Both the position numbers and the translations under genes were made by a program. A DNA stretch of 64,000 bases from an uncultured Gammaproteobacteria bacterium. GTDB lineage: Bacteria > Patescibacteriota > Microgenomatia > Daviesbacterales > UBA10151. Positions 29,433-38,448 of the stretch are shown here, piece after piece. The stretch spans positions 6,335 to 70,334 of the forward strand of contig CAYOOO010000005.1 of assembly GCA_964405655.1 (NCBI GenBank), in the 5' to 3' direction. The notes under the pieces were generated by a model. It ran no database searches and had not been told where the DNA came from. It worked only from the letters and a program-made list of their open reading frames with translations. Positions within the stretch are counted from its first letter, which is position 1; every line of letters starts with the position of its first letter.

Positions 29433-29500
29433 AGCGGGGCGCCCCTGAATGGGGCCCCAGGCTTGTTAGCCTAGTGGTAAATTCCCCTGTCTCGAGTCGG
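29433..29500 (-). promoter_or_regulatory. GC-rich palindromic hairpins (GGGGCGCCCC, GGGGCCCC, GCCGACTCGAGACAGGGG) in the atpE-atpF intergenic region. Probably a partial terminator or processing element.
   Basis: A local GC island in an AT-rich genome, immediately 3' of atpE on the sense strand. Confidence 0.3.
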
Positions 29501-29522
29501 CAGGACCCACAGCACAAAAAAA

Positions 29523-29753
<231 letters not shown>

Positions 29754-30506
29754 TCAATGAGAGGTTTCATGTTTCTCAGTAAGTAGCACCATAAAAACAA
29801 GCGTCAGCATCATAAATACTGCCGCTTGGACAAACCCGACTATAATCTCCAGAAAATAAAATGGCAAAGGTACTAAAAAGGCAGTCCACTTTGCTAAAGA
29901 TGCGACAGTGGATAAAACCACTTCGCCCGCAAATATATTACCAAAAAGTCGGAAAGAAAGCGATACTACTTTTGTTGCCTCACCAACAAGCTCTAAAAGA
30001 CCAACAAATAAAAAAATTGGGCTTAGAGAAACCCACCTCTTTAGATAATCTTTCAATCCTAAATACTTAACAGCAAAAAAATGAGTAACAACTGCTGAAA
30101 CCAAAGCGAGGGATAAGGTCATGTTTAAATCAGAGTTGATTGAACGAAGTAAGGGAACAAAAATCTCTTTACCATCATGGCGCTCAAAAAAACCAATTGT
30201 GGCAAACCCCGGTAGTAAACCCAACCAATTAGCAGTAATGATAAAAAGAAAGAAGGTCATCACAAAGGGGAAGAAAACTTTGGCTTTTGAATGAGATAGA
30301 TCTTCTACCATGCTGTAGCCGCCTTCAACGATCATTTCAAAAAAATTTTGTAAGCCTCCTGGTACCAGCTGAACTTTGCGGGTAGCTAAATAACTAACAA
30401 CAATCAAAACAACCATCACCAGCCAGCTAACAAGCAAAGTATTAGTAATAGGAAAGTTATTAATAAACCCGATTACCTCGGGTGCCAAGACTATCTCATG
30501 TTCCAT
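29754..30506 (-). CDS. atpB: Fo ATP synthase a subunit.
   Basis: Polytopic; conserved Arg region (LSFRLFGNIFAGE). Confidence 0.85.
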   Translation of the reverse strand: MEHEIVLAPEVIGFINNFPITNTLLVSWLVMVVLIVVSYLATRKVQLVPGGLQNFFEMIVEGGYSMVEDLSHSKAKVFFPFVMTFFLFIITANWLGLLPGFATIGFFERHDGKEIFVPLLRSINSDLNMTLSLALVSAVVTHFFAVKYLGLKDYLKRWVSLSPIFLFVGLLELVGEATKVVSLSFRLFGNIFAGEVVLSTVASLAKWTAFLVPLPFYFLEIIVGFVQAAVFMMLTLVFMVLLTEKHETSH

Positions 30507-30569
30507 CAGTTAAAACACATTAATTTTATCTTGTTTAAATTAAAGACTCAAGGGGTAGAGAAGAAAATA

Positions 30570-30917
30570 TTAGACAGTTTTTTTGCGGCGGGGATAATTC
30601 TTAAAAAAAATCTTTCCTGCATCAGGATACATAAGTCCTTGAAAGATTCCCCCAACTAAAAATCCCTTGGTAAAAGTATAATCCAAAAAACCAACTGTTA
30701 GAGGAATTGAAACCACCAGCAGGATTAGAAGATTTAACCAGTGGTGCAACCAGATGGTTCTACCAAAAAGACTGAATCTAATGCTCGGGCTAATCTCTAT
30801 CGGCCCCTTTTTTAAAGATGGGAGTTTTCTCCTGACAGAAGACTTGGGATGGGTCAGGTAATGAAAAAGCACTATACTCAAAAAAAGTCCCGGTAGGAAC
30901 TTTATCACTTCATCCAT
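30570..30917 (-). CDS. Small membrane protein upstream of atpB, possibly AtpI/AtpZ-like.
   Basis: Position and two or three TM helices only. Confidence 0.3.
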   Translation of the reverse strand: MDEVIKFLPGLFLSIVLFHYLTHPKSSVRRKLPSLKKGPIEISPSIRFSLFGRTIWLHHWLNLLILLVVSIPLTVGFLDYTFTKGFLVGGIFQGLMYPDAGKIFFKNYPRRKKTV

Positions 30918-31036
30918 TATTTGTTACCTCTAATGTAATAAACTGTAATAAGGTTGTCAACAACAAAAATGAATCTACCCACGACCTAACGGTCGGAGTA
31001 TCTTCTTTCGATCGGACTTTGTCCGATGTTGGGAAA

Positions 31037-31063
31037 CCCTCGACTTTATAGTCGGGGTTTTAT
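31037..31063 (+). terminator. Intrinsic-terminator-like hairpin (CCCTCGAC-loop-GTCGGGG, then TTTTAT) in the tyrS 5' leader. Two further hairpins lie at 30979-31028.
   Basis: The stem plus U-run is in + orientation only. Confidence 0.35.
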
Positions 31064-31174
31064 CGAGATAAAGCTGACTTGACAACTATAGGATAGTATT
31101 ATACTTTAGACAACAGAAATATTCAAATTCTCAAGCTTTAAAAAAAAATAAGCTTTGAATATAATGATCCTACT

Positions 31175-32281
31175 ATGACAACTGAAGAAAAAATTAAATT
31201 AATTACCAGAAATTTAGAAGAGACTTTAACTGAGGAGGAGCTTAAGACTCTAATAGAGTCTGGTAAACCACTTATCCACTATATTGGTTATGAAGTTTCA
31301 GGAAAACTCCATATTGGCCAAGGTTTATATATCATGCTTAAGATTAAAGACCTCCAAGAAGCTGGAGTGAAAACCAAAATTTTAATTGCTGACTGGCATA
31401 CATGGCTTAATAAAAAGCTTGATGGAAAATTAGAAACTGCTAAAAAACTTGGCAAAGACTACCTAGAAGAAGTTTTAAGAGCGAGCGCAGTTTGTGTGGG
31501 AGCAGATCCAGACAAGATCGAATTTGTCTTGGGAAGTGAGCATTATCAGAAATTAGGCCTAGATTATTGGGCAACAGTCATAAGAGTAGCCAAGGCCACA
31601 ACTTTATCCCGAATGATCCGTTCTACTACTATTATGGGGCGTAAGGAATCTGAAGTGACTGATTCTGCTATGCTGATTTACCCTGCTATGCAATCAGCAG
31701 ATATCTTTATGCTAGGTGTTAATATCGCTCAAGCTGGCACAGATCAAAGAAATGTCCACATTGTAGCAAGAGACGCTGCAGAGGAACTTGGTTTTGAAAA
31801 ACCAATAACCATTCATGGTCACCTTTTACAAGGACTACTTCCTCCAATTTTGGTTGAAAATCCCAAGAGTGGCAAAAAAGAGATGGATATGGAGGCAGCT
31901 AAGATGAGTAAATCAAAACCTGATAGTGGGGTTTATATGACTGATACTCCTGAGGAGATTAAAAGAAAGATTATGGGAGCCTATGCACCAGAAGGGGTGG
32001 TAGAGTATAACCCTGTTTTAGACTGGACAAAGCATCTGATCTTTTACGAGGAAGGTTCAACTTTAACTATTAAAAGAGACCCAAGATGGGGAGGGGATCT
32101 AAGTTACAACTCTTATCAAGATTTAGAAAAAGACTATGAGCAAAAAAAACTTCACCCTCAGGACTTAAAGGTAGCTGTAGTAGAGTGGTTGATTCAAAAA
32201 CTCGAGCCTGCCAGAAAGCACTTTGAAGAGCCCAAAAGAAAAGCTGCGCTAGAAGAGATTGAGAAATTAACCCAGCGATAA
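31175..32281 (+). CDS. tyrS: Archaeal/eukaryal-type tyrosyl-tRNA synthetase.
   Basis: HIGQ and KMSKS motifs. It aligns along its length with archaeal TyrRS (YIGYEVSGKLHIGQ; YPAMQSADI; LTIKRDPRWGGDLSYNSYQDLEKDYEQKKLHPQDLK). Confidence 0.85.
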   Translation: MTTEEKIKLITRNLEETLTEEELKTLIESGKPLIHYIGYEVSGKLHIGQGLYIMLKIKDLQEAGVKTKILIADWHTWLNKKLDGKLETAKKLGKDYLEEVLRASAVCVGADPDKIEFVLGSEHYQKLGLDYWATVIRVAKATTLSRMIRSTTIMGRKESEVTDSAMLIYPAMQSADIFMLGVNIAQAGTDQRNVHIVARDAAEELGFEKPITIHGHLLQGLLPPILVENPKSGKKEMDMEAAKMSKSKPDSGVYMTDTPEEIKRKIMGAYAPEGVVEYNPVLDWTKHLIFYEEGSTLTIKRDPRWGGDLSYNSYQDLEKDYEQKKLHPQDLKVAVVEWLIQKLEPARKHFEEPKRKAALEEIEKLTQR

Positions 32282-32283
32282 TC

Positions 32284-32724
32284 TTAAGCCACTTTCTTAA
32301 ATGAGTTAGATCCTATTAAAGGCGGGATCGCAGGCTCTCCAGTCAAATTGATCCTAGGGATAATTCTACCAAGTGGAGAAACTGCCTTTCTAATTTGTCT
32401 TCCCATCCAAGTTCTAATAGGCTTAAATTCTCTCCAGATATCCTCTGCAACAGGCTCAATCATCCAGCCGATCGCCAGTCCACCTAAAGCCATACCAAAA
32501 GTAATGTATGTTTGAGTTGTTAAATCTTGAGAGTTGAGAAGTTTCTCTGCCTGTCTGATTGACAAAGTATTTGCACCCATAAAGGTCAAACCTCCTGTTA
32601 AAGCTGATAACAATCTTAAACCAATATTAGGAGGAATTTCAGCTTTTCCATCTGTTTTAGAGCTTAGCCACTCAACCTCTTGAGCAGTTGAGGTAAGAAT
32701 ATGTATTGGTGTTTCTGCTGCCAT
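32284..32724 (-). CDS. Hypothetical protein (146 aa), convergent with tyrS.
   Basis: ORF only. Confidence 0.3.
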   Translation of the reverse strand: MAAETPIHILTSTAQEVEWLSSKTDGKAEIPPNIGLRLLSALTGGLTFMGANTLSIRQAEKLLNSQDLTTQTYITFGMALGGLAIGWMIEPVAEDIWREFKPIRTWMGRQIRKAVSPLGRIIPRINLTGEPAIPPLIGSNSFKKVA

Positions 32725-32941
32725 ACCAGCAATTTATACCTTTTTTAGAAGCAAGCTGCAATAGTTTAATTTTGCACAAATCTGTTAAGATTAAGAGGAT
32801 GGACAGTTTTAGTAAAAAATACCGCTTAGTTTGGATAATCCTAACAGCGTTTGGAGTACTTGGAATTCTTGTTTACTCCCTCTGGCCACTGTTTTCTTAA
32901 GATTCATTTGCTGTTATCACTGTAAGAGATATAATTCGATC

Positions 32942-34999
32942 ATGGATCTCAAGACCCCATTATCAGCTTTAGCAGGGATTGGTTCTTCTTTTGCTTATAA
33001 ACTCAGAAGGCTCAATTTAGTAACTGTTGAGGATTTAATTACTCATTTTCCTTTCAGGTATGATGATTTCTCTCAAATCTCCTCAGCTAGACAAGCCCAA
33101 ATTGATGAAAAAGTTACTTTAATAGGAGAGATTTGGTCAATTAAAAATGTTTATACCAGAAGCCGAAAAGTCTTAACCCACGCTGTTTTTAATGATGGGA
33201 CAGTCCCAATTGAGTTAACCTGGTTTAATCAAAGCTGGCTGACAAAACAGATAGTAGTGGGGGATAAATTGCAAATCTCAGGCAAGTTAACCAAATATAA
33301 AAATAAGTTCACAGTTGTTGCACCAGTTTGGGAAAAACTCCAAAGTCTCCAAAATCCTCAGGTGTCAATCTATTCCACACCGGGTGTGGACACACTTCAC
33401 ACAGGCAGACTGGTTCCTGTTTATCCAGAGACATTGGGTATTAGCTCAAAATGGCTGCGCACCAAAATTAATCAAGTTCTCCCTCAAGCATTAATACAAA
33501 TTCAAGATCCTTTACCAGATAAAATTAAAGACAAGATGATTAAGCTTACTGAAGCATTAAACTTAATCCACTTTCCTCAAAATTTCCAGGATATAGAGAA
33601 AGCCAGAGAAAGACTTTCTTTTGATGAGCTTTTCTATATTCAGTTAGCTACTTTAAAAGCCAGACTTCAGTGGAAACAAAAACCTACAGTCAGGAAATTT
33701 GAAATTCAAGATTCAAAATTAAAAAATTTTATTGACAGATTGCCATTTAAATTAACAAGTGCTCAAAAAAGAGTGACAAATGAGATTATTAGTGATCTAA
33801 AAAGAGGGGTGCCTATGAATAGGTTAGTCCAAGGTGAAGTAGGTTCAGGTAAAACTGTGGTGGCAGCAATTATTATCTATTTAACTTATCTTAACAATTT
33901 AAGATCACTTTACATGGCACCAACCGAGATCTTAGCTTTCCAGCACTTTTCTACTATCTCAAATTTATTAGAACCTTTATATATAAAGGTAGGAATCTAT
34001 ACCGGTTCGAGAAAATTCACTAAGGAGCTGAACTTTCTCCCAGATGTTATCATAGGTACCCACGCCTTATTATCAAGCTCATTAGAAGCAGAAGATGTAG
34101 GAGTTGTGATAGTTGATGAGCAACAAAGATTTGGGGTTGAACAAAGATCCCTCTTAAGATCCAAGGCCAGGGTGCCACACTTTTTAACTATGACTGCCAC
34201 CCCAATCCCCAGAACTGTGGCTTTAACTTTGTATGGGGATTTAGACCTGTCTATTATTGATGAGCTACCCAAAGGGAGAAAAGAGGTTAAGACTTATTTG
34301 GTACCAAGTTTTAAACGCTCTGATGCTTATAAATTTATTGAGTCTCATATAAAAAAGGGTGAGCAAACCTACATAATTACTCCACTTATAGAAGAATCAG
34401 AGACTCTAGTTTCTGCTAAAGCTGCCAAAAAAGAGTTTGAAAGATTAAAGAAGGAGGTCTTTCCTCACTTAAGGCTAGGACTTTTACATGGCAGATTAAA
34501 ATCTAAAGAAAAAGAGGAGGTATTAAACAAGTTCAAAGATAAGGAAGTAGACATTTTAGTTTCTACCTCTGTGGTTGAGGTAGGAGTTGATGTGACAAAT
34601 GCCACCATTATGGTAATAGAGGGTGCAGAAAGATTTGGTTTGTCTCAACTTCACCAGCTAAGAGGAAGGGTAGGCAGGGGAGAAAAAGAATCTTTTTGTT
34701 TACTTTTTATGGGCGAAGAAGACTCACAAACTAAGCAGAGACTTAAGCATTTAGAAAAAACTTTTGACGGGCTTAAACTAGCTGAGTTAGATTTAAAAAT
34801 TAGAGGAGCAGGAGAGATCTTTGGTACTAAACAATCTGGCAGATTTGATCTTAAAATTGCCTCCCTCTCTGATATAAGCTTAATAGAAAAAACCAGAGAA
34901 GCTGCTCGGGAAATTCTACATCAAGATCCCACACTTGCAAAATATCCTGAGCTTAAGCTAAAATTGGAAAGTTTAGGAACTGGAGTAATGCCAGACTAA
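32942..34999 (+). CDS. recG: ATP-dependent DNA helicase RecG. The likely start is MDLKTPLSAL; the ORF extends to 32831.
   Basis: RLVPVYPETLGI wedge-region motif; GSGKT Walker A; DEQQRFG; QLRGRVGRG. Confidence 0.85.
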   Translation: MDLKTPLSALAGIGSSFAYKLRRLNLVTVEDLITHFPFRYDDFSQISSARQAQIDEKVTLIGEIWSIKNVYTRSRKVLTHAVFNDGTVPIELTWFNQSWLTKQIVVGDKLQISGKLTKYKNKFTVVAPVWEKLQSLQNPQVSIYSTPGVDTLHTGRLVPVYPETLGISSKWLRTKINQVLPQALIQIQDPLPDKIKDKMIKLTEALNLIHFPQNFQDIEKARERLSFDELFYIQLATLKARLQWKQKPTVRKFEIQDSKLKNFIDRLPFKLTSAQKRVTNEIISDLKRGVPMNRLVQGEVGSGKTVVAAIIIYLTYLNNLRSLYMAPTEILAFQHFSTISNLLEPLYIKVGIYTGSRKFTKELNFLPDVIIGTHALLSSSLEAEDVGVVIVDEQQRFGVEQRSLLRSKARVPHFLTMTATPIPRTVALTLYGDLDLSIIDELPKGRKEVKTYLVPSFKRSDAYKFIESHIKKGEQTYIITPLIEESETLVSAKAAKKEFERLKKEVFPHLRLGLLHGRLKSKEKEEVLNKFKDKEVDILVSTSVVEVGVDVTNATIMVIEGAERFGLSQLHQLRGRVGRGEKESFCLLFMGEEDSQTKQRLKHLEKTFDGLKLAELDLKIRGAGEIFGTKQSGRFDLKIASLSDISLIEKTREAAREILHQDPTLAKYPELKLKLESLGTGVMPD
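33362..33392. repeat. REP-like palindromic element copy (AGGTGTCAATCTATTCCACACCGGGTGTGG) lying in-frame inside recG.
   Basis: ~30/33 nt identical to the hairpin at 56057-56088 that flanks the IS200-like tnpA. Confidence 0.55.
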
Positions 35000-35090
35000 T
35001 TTGCCCTTGTCTCCGACTTCGTCGGAGCAAGCGATCTCGCAAACTTTTATGACAGCTTCGCTGTCTATTAAGAAAGGAGGTTTGCTCCGA

Positions 35091-35288
35091 TTGCCACAAG
35101 AACCAAAGAAAAAACATAGTAAAGCTGTTAAAAGAACCAGACGAGCTGCTATTAAATTAGCAGCAGTAAGACTGGTGATTTGCCAAAACTGCAACTATAA
35201 AACTTTAGCTCATATGGCTTGTAGAAACTGTGGCTTTTACTCCGGAAAACAGGTTGGCAAACAAAAAGCAGTGGTTACCAGAGCTTAA
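35091..35288 (+). CDS. rpmF: 50S ribosomal protein L32 (TTG start; AAGGAGG 10 nt upstream).
   Basis: PKKKHSKAVKRTRRA... C-x2-C...C-x2-C zinc ribbon (CQNC...CRNCG). Confidence 0.7.
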   Translation: MPQEPKKKHSKAVKRTRRAAIKLAAVRLVICQNCNYKTLAHMACRNCGFYSGKQVGKQKAVVTRA

Positions 35289-35297
35289 TCCCCTTCT

Positions 35298-35945
35298 TCA
35301 TTGATTATCACCTGTTTTATCTTTTTCCAGGATTTCTCGAAGAACTTCTCGATAAGGTTCTGGTAATTCGTCTACAGGATCCTTTCTTCCCATAGGCTTT
35401 AATCTATTAAAAGGCCAGAGCCACATCAGTTTTTTCCGGTAAGGGGTCCTCTGTCTTGGTTCTTCATCCACACTCCTGGGTTCTATTCGCCTAAATCTAT
35501 TACTGTGTGTACGATTAACAACATTTCTCCTTTTGTTTAATCTATATAGAAGTACCGCAGTAAATAAAATTTCTGCTCCATGTAATTTTTGGGCTGTATC
35601 AATTACAGATAACTTATCTTTGCTTTCATCTCTGGCGATTTGCTCAACTACGCCCATTGTTTCCCACATCTCCCGGATCATTGCATTACTTTCCCTAAAT
35701 GTCTGTTTATCCGAAGGCTTACTACCAGTAGGAGGGATATGGGACATAAAAGCTCTTTTGACATCATTTCTTCGACCCCAAATTTCTTTCTCTATTACCG
35801 CCTTTTCATCGTTTACTTGTGCTACTCGCGTTACTCCATGAATGGCTACACCAAGTAAAGTTGCGTTAACAGCTAGTTTACCAAAAGCTAAAAAAGACCT
35901 CCTTGGAACTTTTGGTGGCTGAGATCTGGCTTCATTTTCCCTCAT
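35298..35945 (-). CDS. Hypothetical basic protein (215 aa).
   Basis: ORF only; one hydrophobic segment. Confidence 0.35.
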   Translation of the reverse strand: MRENEARSQPPKVPRRSFLAFGKLAVNATLLGVAIHGVTRVAQVNDEKAVIEKEIWGRRNDVKRAFMSHIPPTGSKPSDKQTFRESNAMIREMWETMGVVEQIARDESKDKLSVIDTAQKLHGAEILFTAVLLYRLNKRRNVVNRTHSNRFRRIEPRSVDEEPRQRTPYRKKLMWLWPFNRLKPMGRKDPVDELPEPYREVLREILEKDKTGDNQ

Positions 35946-36057
35946 AGGTTAAATAATTTAACACAATTGTTAACTTTGAACAAATAGTAACCAATTCAAC
36001 AAGTCTAAAGTTAACGAGATTTCTATTCCAAGATATGATATAAACTCAATTAATAAA

Positions 36058-36426
36058 ATGAAAACATCAAGAGATCCCAGACATATCGAAAGAATCAGGG
36101 TGATGAAGGAGTTGTTTGCCTGGGAATTTAATGATTATGAGGATATAGAAAACGATAAAACTAAAGCAGTAATTAAAAATTTGAAGGAGATAGATCAATC
36201 AATCAATATCTCTGCTCCAGCTTGGCCAATTGAAAAAATAAACAAAGTTGATTTGGCAATTTTAAGGATCGCGGTTTTCGAACTATTAATAGAAAAGAAA
36301 ACACCACCCAAAGTTATAACTGACGAGGCAGTTGAAATTGCTAAGGAATATGGCTCTGAATCCAGCCCATCTTTTGTCAACGGTGCCTTAGGAAAATTAA
36401 TTAGCGATAATAATATTCCTGTCTGA
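36058..36426 (+). CDS. nusB: Transcription antitermination factor NusB-like.
   Basis: All-helical 122 aa; C-terminal FVNGALGKLI, as in NusB. Confidence 0.65.
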   Translation: MKTSRDPRHIERIRVMKELFAWEFNDYEDIENDKTKAVIKNLKEIDQSINISAPAWPIEKINKVDLAILRIAVFELLIEKKTPPKVITDEAVEIAKEYGSESSPSFVNGALGKLISDNNIPV

Positions 36427-36474
36427 AAATCCCCCTTGACTAATTAGTCCTAATTAATTTAAGTTAAGTTTACT

Positions 36475-36705
36475 ATGCAAAGTGAAGTTATCGAAGAGAT
36501 TGCTAAACACTTGGGGGTAACCCCTCAGGATATTGATCCTCTTGCCTCTTTAACTGATGATTTGGGTTTAGGACCGGTTGAAATAGCAGACCTACTTTCT
36601 GCTCTATCAAAAAGATTTAGTGTTACTTTTGACCCAGCAGAGGTTGAAAACTTAAGGACTGTTAATGATATGGTGGTGACAATTGAAGATTTGAGCCTTG
36701 AGTGA
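36475..36705 (+). CDS. Acyl-carrier-protein-like protein lacking the phosphopantetheine-attachment Ser (DLGLGPVE in place of DLGADSLD).
   Basis: 76-aa acidic four-helix pattern; the acp-rnc synteny is preserved. Confidence 0.55.
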   Translation: MQSEVIEEIAKHLGVTPQDIDPLASLTDDLGLGPVEIADLLSALSKRFSVTFDPAEVENLRTVNDMVVTIEDLSLE

Positions 36706-37373
36706 TGGTTATTAATCCCAATCTATTTAAAAAAGAAGTCTATCAGATTGCTTTTACTCACAGGTCTTATCTAAATGAATCTCAAGGAGTAAGGCAATCT
36801 AACGAGAGACTGGAGTTTTTGGGTGACTCTGTCTTGTCTTTTATCATCTCTTCGCTTCTTTTTGAAAAAAGACGTCAGGATGCTGAAGGGGATCTCACCA
36901 ACTTGCGTTCATATATAGTTAAAACTCCATCCTTGGCTAAGGCTGCCAAGAAACTCAACCTGGGCAAATTCTTAAAACTTTCTAAAGGGGAGGAGATGAC
37001 AGGAGGCAGACAGAACCCGCAAATACTGGCTAATACTTATGAGGCTGTTTTAGGGGCTATTTATTTGGATAAAGGGATAGATTTTGCCAAAGAGTTCGTC
37101 CAAGCAACCTTACTAGTTCTCTTTGAGAACGAGTTAAAGGAAGGACCGCCTAAGGACTCTAAGTCTTTACTTCAAGAGTTGACTCAAAACCAAACCAAGC
37201 AATCTCCTAAATATAAGATTTTAGAAACCTCTGGACCTGATCATGCTAAAAAATTTAAAGTCGGAGTATTTTTGCAGGGAAAGATAGTTGGTCAGGGAGA
37301 AGGGTTGAGCAAACAGATTGCTGAGGAAGCTGCTGCCTCTGAGGCCCTAGAATTCCTTTCAGAAAACAGTTGA
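36702..37373 (+). CDS. rnc: Ribonuclease III.
   Basis: ERLEFLGDSVL catalytic signature; C-terminal dsRBD. Confidence 0.9.
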   Translation: MMVINPNLFKKEVYQIAFTHRSYLNESQGVRQSNERLEFLGDSVLSFIISSLLFEKRRQDAEGDLTNLRSYIVKTPSLAKAAKKLNLGKFLKLSKGEEMTGGRQNPQILANTYEAVLGAIYLDKGIDFAKEFVQATLLVLFENELKEGPPKDSKSLLQELTQNQTKQSPKYKILETSGPDHAKKFKVGVFLQGKIVGQGEGLSKQIAEEAAASEALEFLSENS

Positions 37374-37439
37374 CTCATCTACTACTTGTAAATTATACTT
37401 AGCACGCTTAAAAAATTTCTTTAACTGTTTAAGCAAGAA

Positions 37440-37478
37440 CACGTTACGTAATGGACAATTCAGTAACGTGATTTTTTA
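37440..37478 (+). terminator. Rho-independent terminator after rnc (CACGTTAC...GTAACGTG, then ATTTTTT).
   Basis: 8-bp stem plus T6. Confidence 0.5.
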
Positions 37479-37515
37479 AGTACGTTAAGGTAGGCAGAAT
37501 TGTCCAAAAAGTAAT

Positions 37516-38061
37516 ATGCCAGTAAAGATACGTCTGATGCGAATAGGTGCTAAGAAACGCCCTTTCTACAGGGTGGTGGCTGTTGATGAGAGACGCAAGA
37601 GAACAGGTGGGTATTTAGAGCTGCTGGGGACTTATAATCCTTTAACAGAGCCAAAAGAGATAAAACTTAACCAGGAAAGAATTGATGATTGGGTTAAAAA
37701 GGGTGCAGTCTACTCCACAGGTTTCTTAAGAATAATTGGTAAAGCACCACAAAAACCTCCCCGAAAACCCAAAAAAGAAAAAGCCCCTGTAGAGCAACCT
37801 CAATCAGAACAACCCCAAGAACAAGCAGCAGCTGAACAACCTGTTCAACCATTAGAAGAGTCAGAAAGTGCGAAGTCTGAACCAGACAAAGCAATTAGCG
37901 AAGCTGAAGAGCCCACAGAAGCTGTTCCAGAACCTACTCCCGCAGAATCAGCTGATGAAGAGACTCCAGCACATCAGACCCAAAGTCAAGAAGAACAGCC
38001 ACTGCAGGAAAATGTTACTGATAAAGAAGATGGTGCAGAAGTTGTTGAAGAGAAAAAATGA
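37516..38061 (+). CDS. rpsP: 30S ribosomal protein S16 with a ~100-aa acidic, Pro/Glu/Gln-rich C-terminal extension.
   Basis: MPVKIRLMRIGAKKRPFYRVVAVD... The tail is low-complexity. Confidence 0.85.
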   Translation: MPVKIRLMRIGAKKRPFYRVVAVDERRKRTGGYLELLGTYNPLTEPKEIKLNQERIDDWVKKGAVYSTGFLRIIGKAPQKPPRKPKKEKAPVEQPQSEQPQEQAAAEQPVQPLEESESAKSEPDKAISEAEEPTEAVPEPTPAESADEETPAHQTQSQEEQPLQENVTDKEDGAEVVEEKK

Positions 38062-38115
38062 AGCTCCCTCGACTTTATAGACAACCAAGGTTGGAAAGAA
38101 TCATCCAAATTAAAA

Positions 38116-38448
38116 ATGAAAGATTTAGTTGAATACATTGTTAAACAAATAGTTAACAATCCTGATGCAGTGGTAGTTGAGCAGTCTCAAAATAATGGTG
38201 ATGTGAACCTACTTTTAACAGTTGCACCAGAGGATATGGGGATTGTTATTGGCAAAGGCGGTCAGACTATCAAGGCTGTCAGAAAACTTCTAGTCATTAG
38301 AGCTATGGCTGAGAACGCCCGGGTTAATCTTCAAATTGCTGAACCAGAAAAAGATGGGGAACCAACTGAGCAATCTTCACCAGCAGAACCCGCCCAACCT
38401 CAAAATGAGCAAGCTCTTTTGGGTAAAGACACTCAAAATGAAAATTAG
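38116..38448 (+). CDS. KH-domain RNA-binding protein (UPF0109/YlqC-like).
   Basis: GIVIGKGGQTIKAVRKLL motif; the rpsP-KH-trmD context. Confidence 0.7.
   Translation: MKDLVEYIVKQIVNNPDAVVVEQSQNNGDVNLLLTVAPEDMGIVIGKGGQTIKAVRKLLVIRAMAENARVNLQIAEPEKDGEPTEQSSPAEPAQPQNEQALLGKDTQNEN

Noticed and set aside
30979-31066. T-box riboswitch upstream of tyrS.
   Set aside because: There is a terminator-like hairpin but no specifier or T-box consensus (AGGGTGGNACCGCG).
32706-32941. 64-aa ORF and the 37-aa N-terminal extension of the recG ORF.
   Set aside because: RecG homology begins at MDLKTPLSAL (32942). The upstream residues are Cys/Trp-rich and non-conserved.
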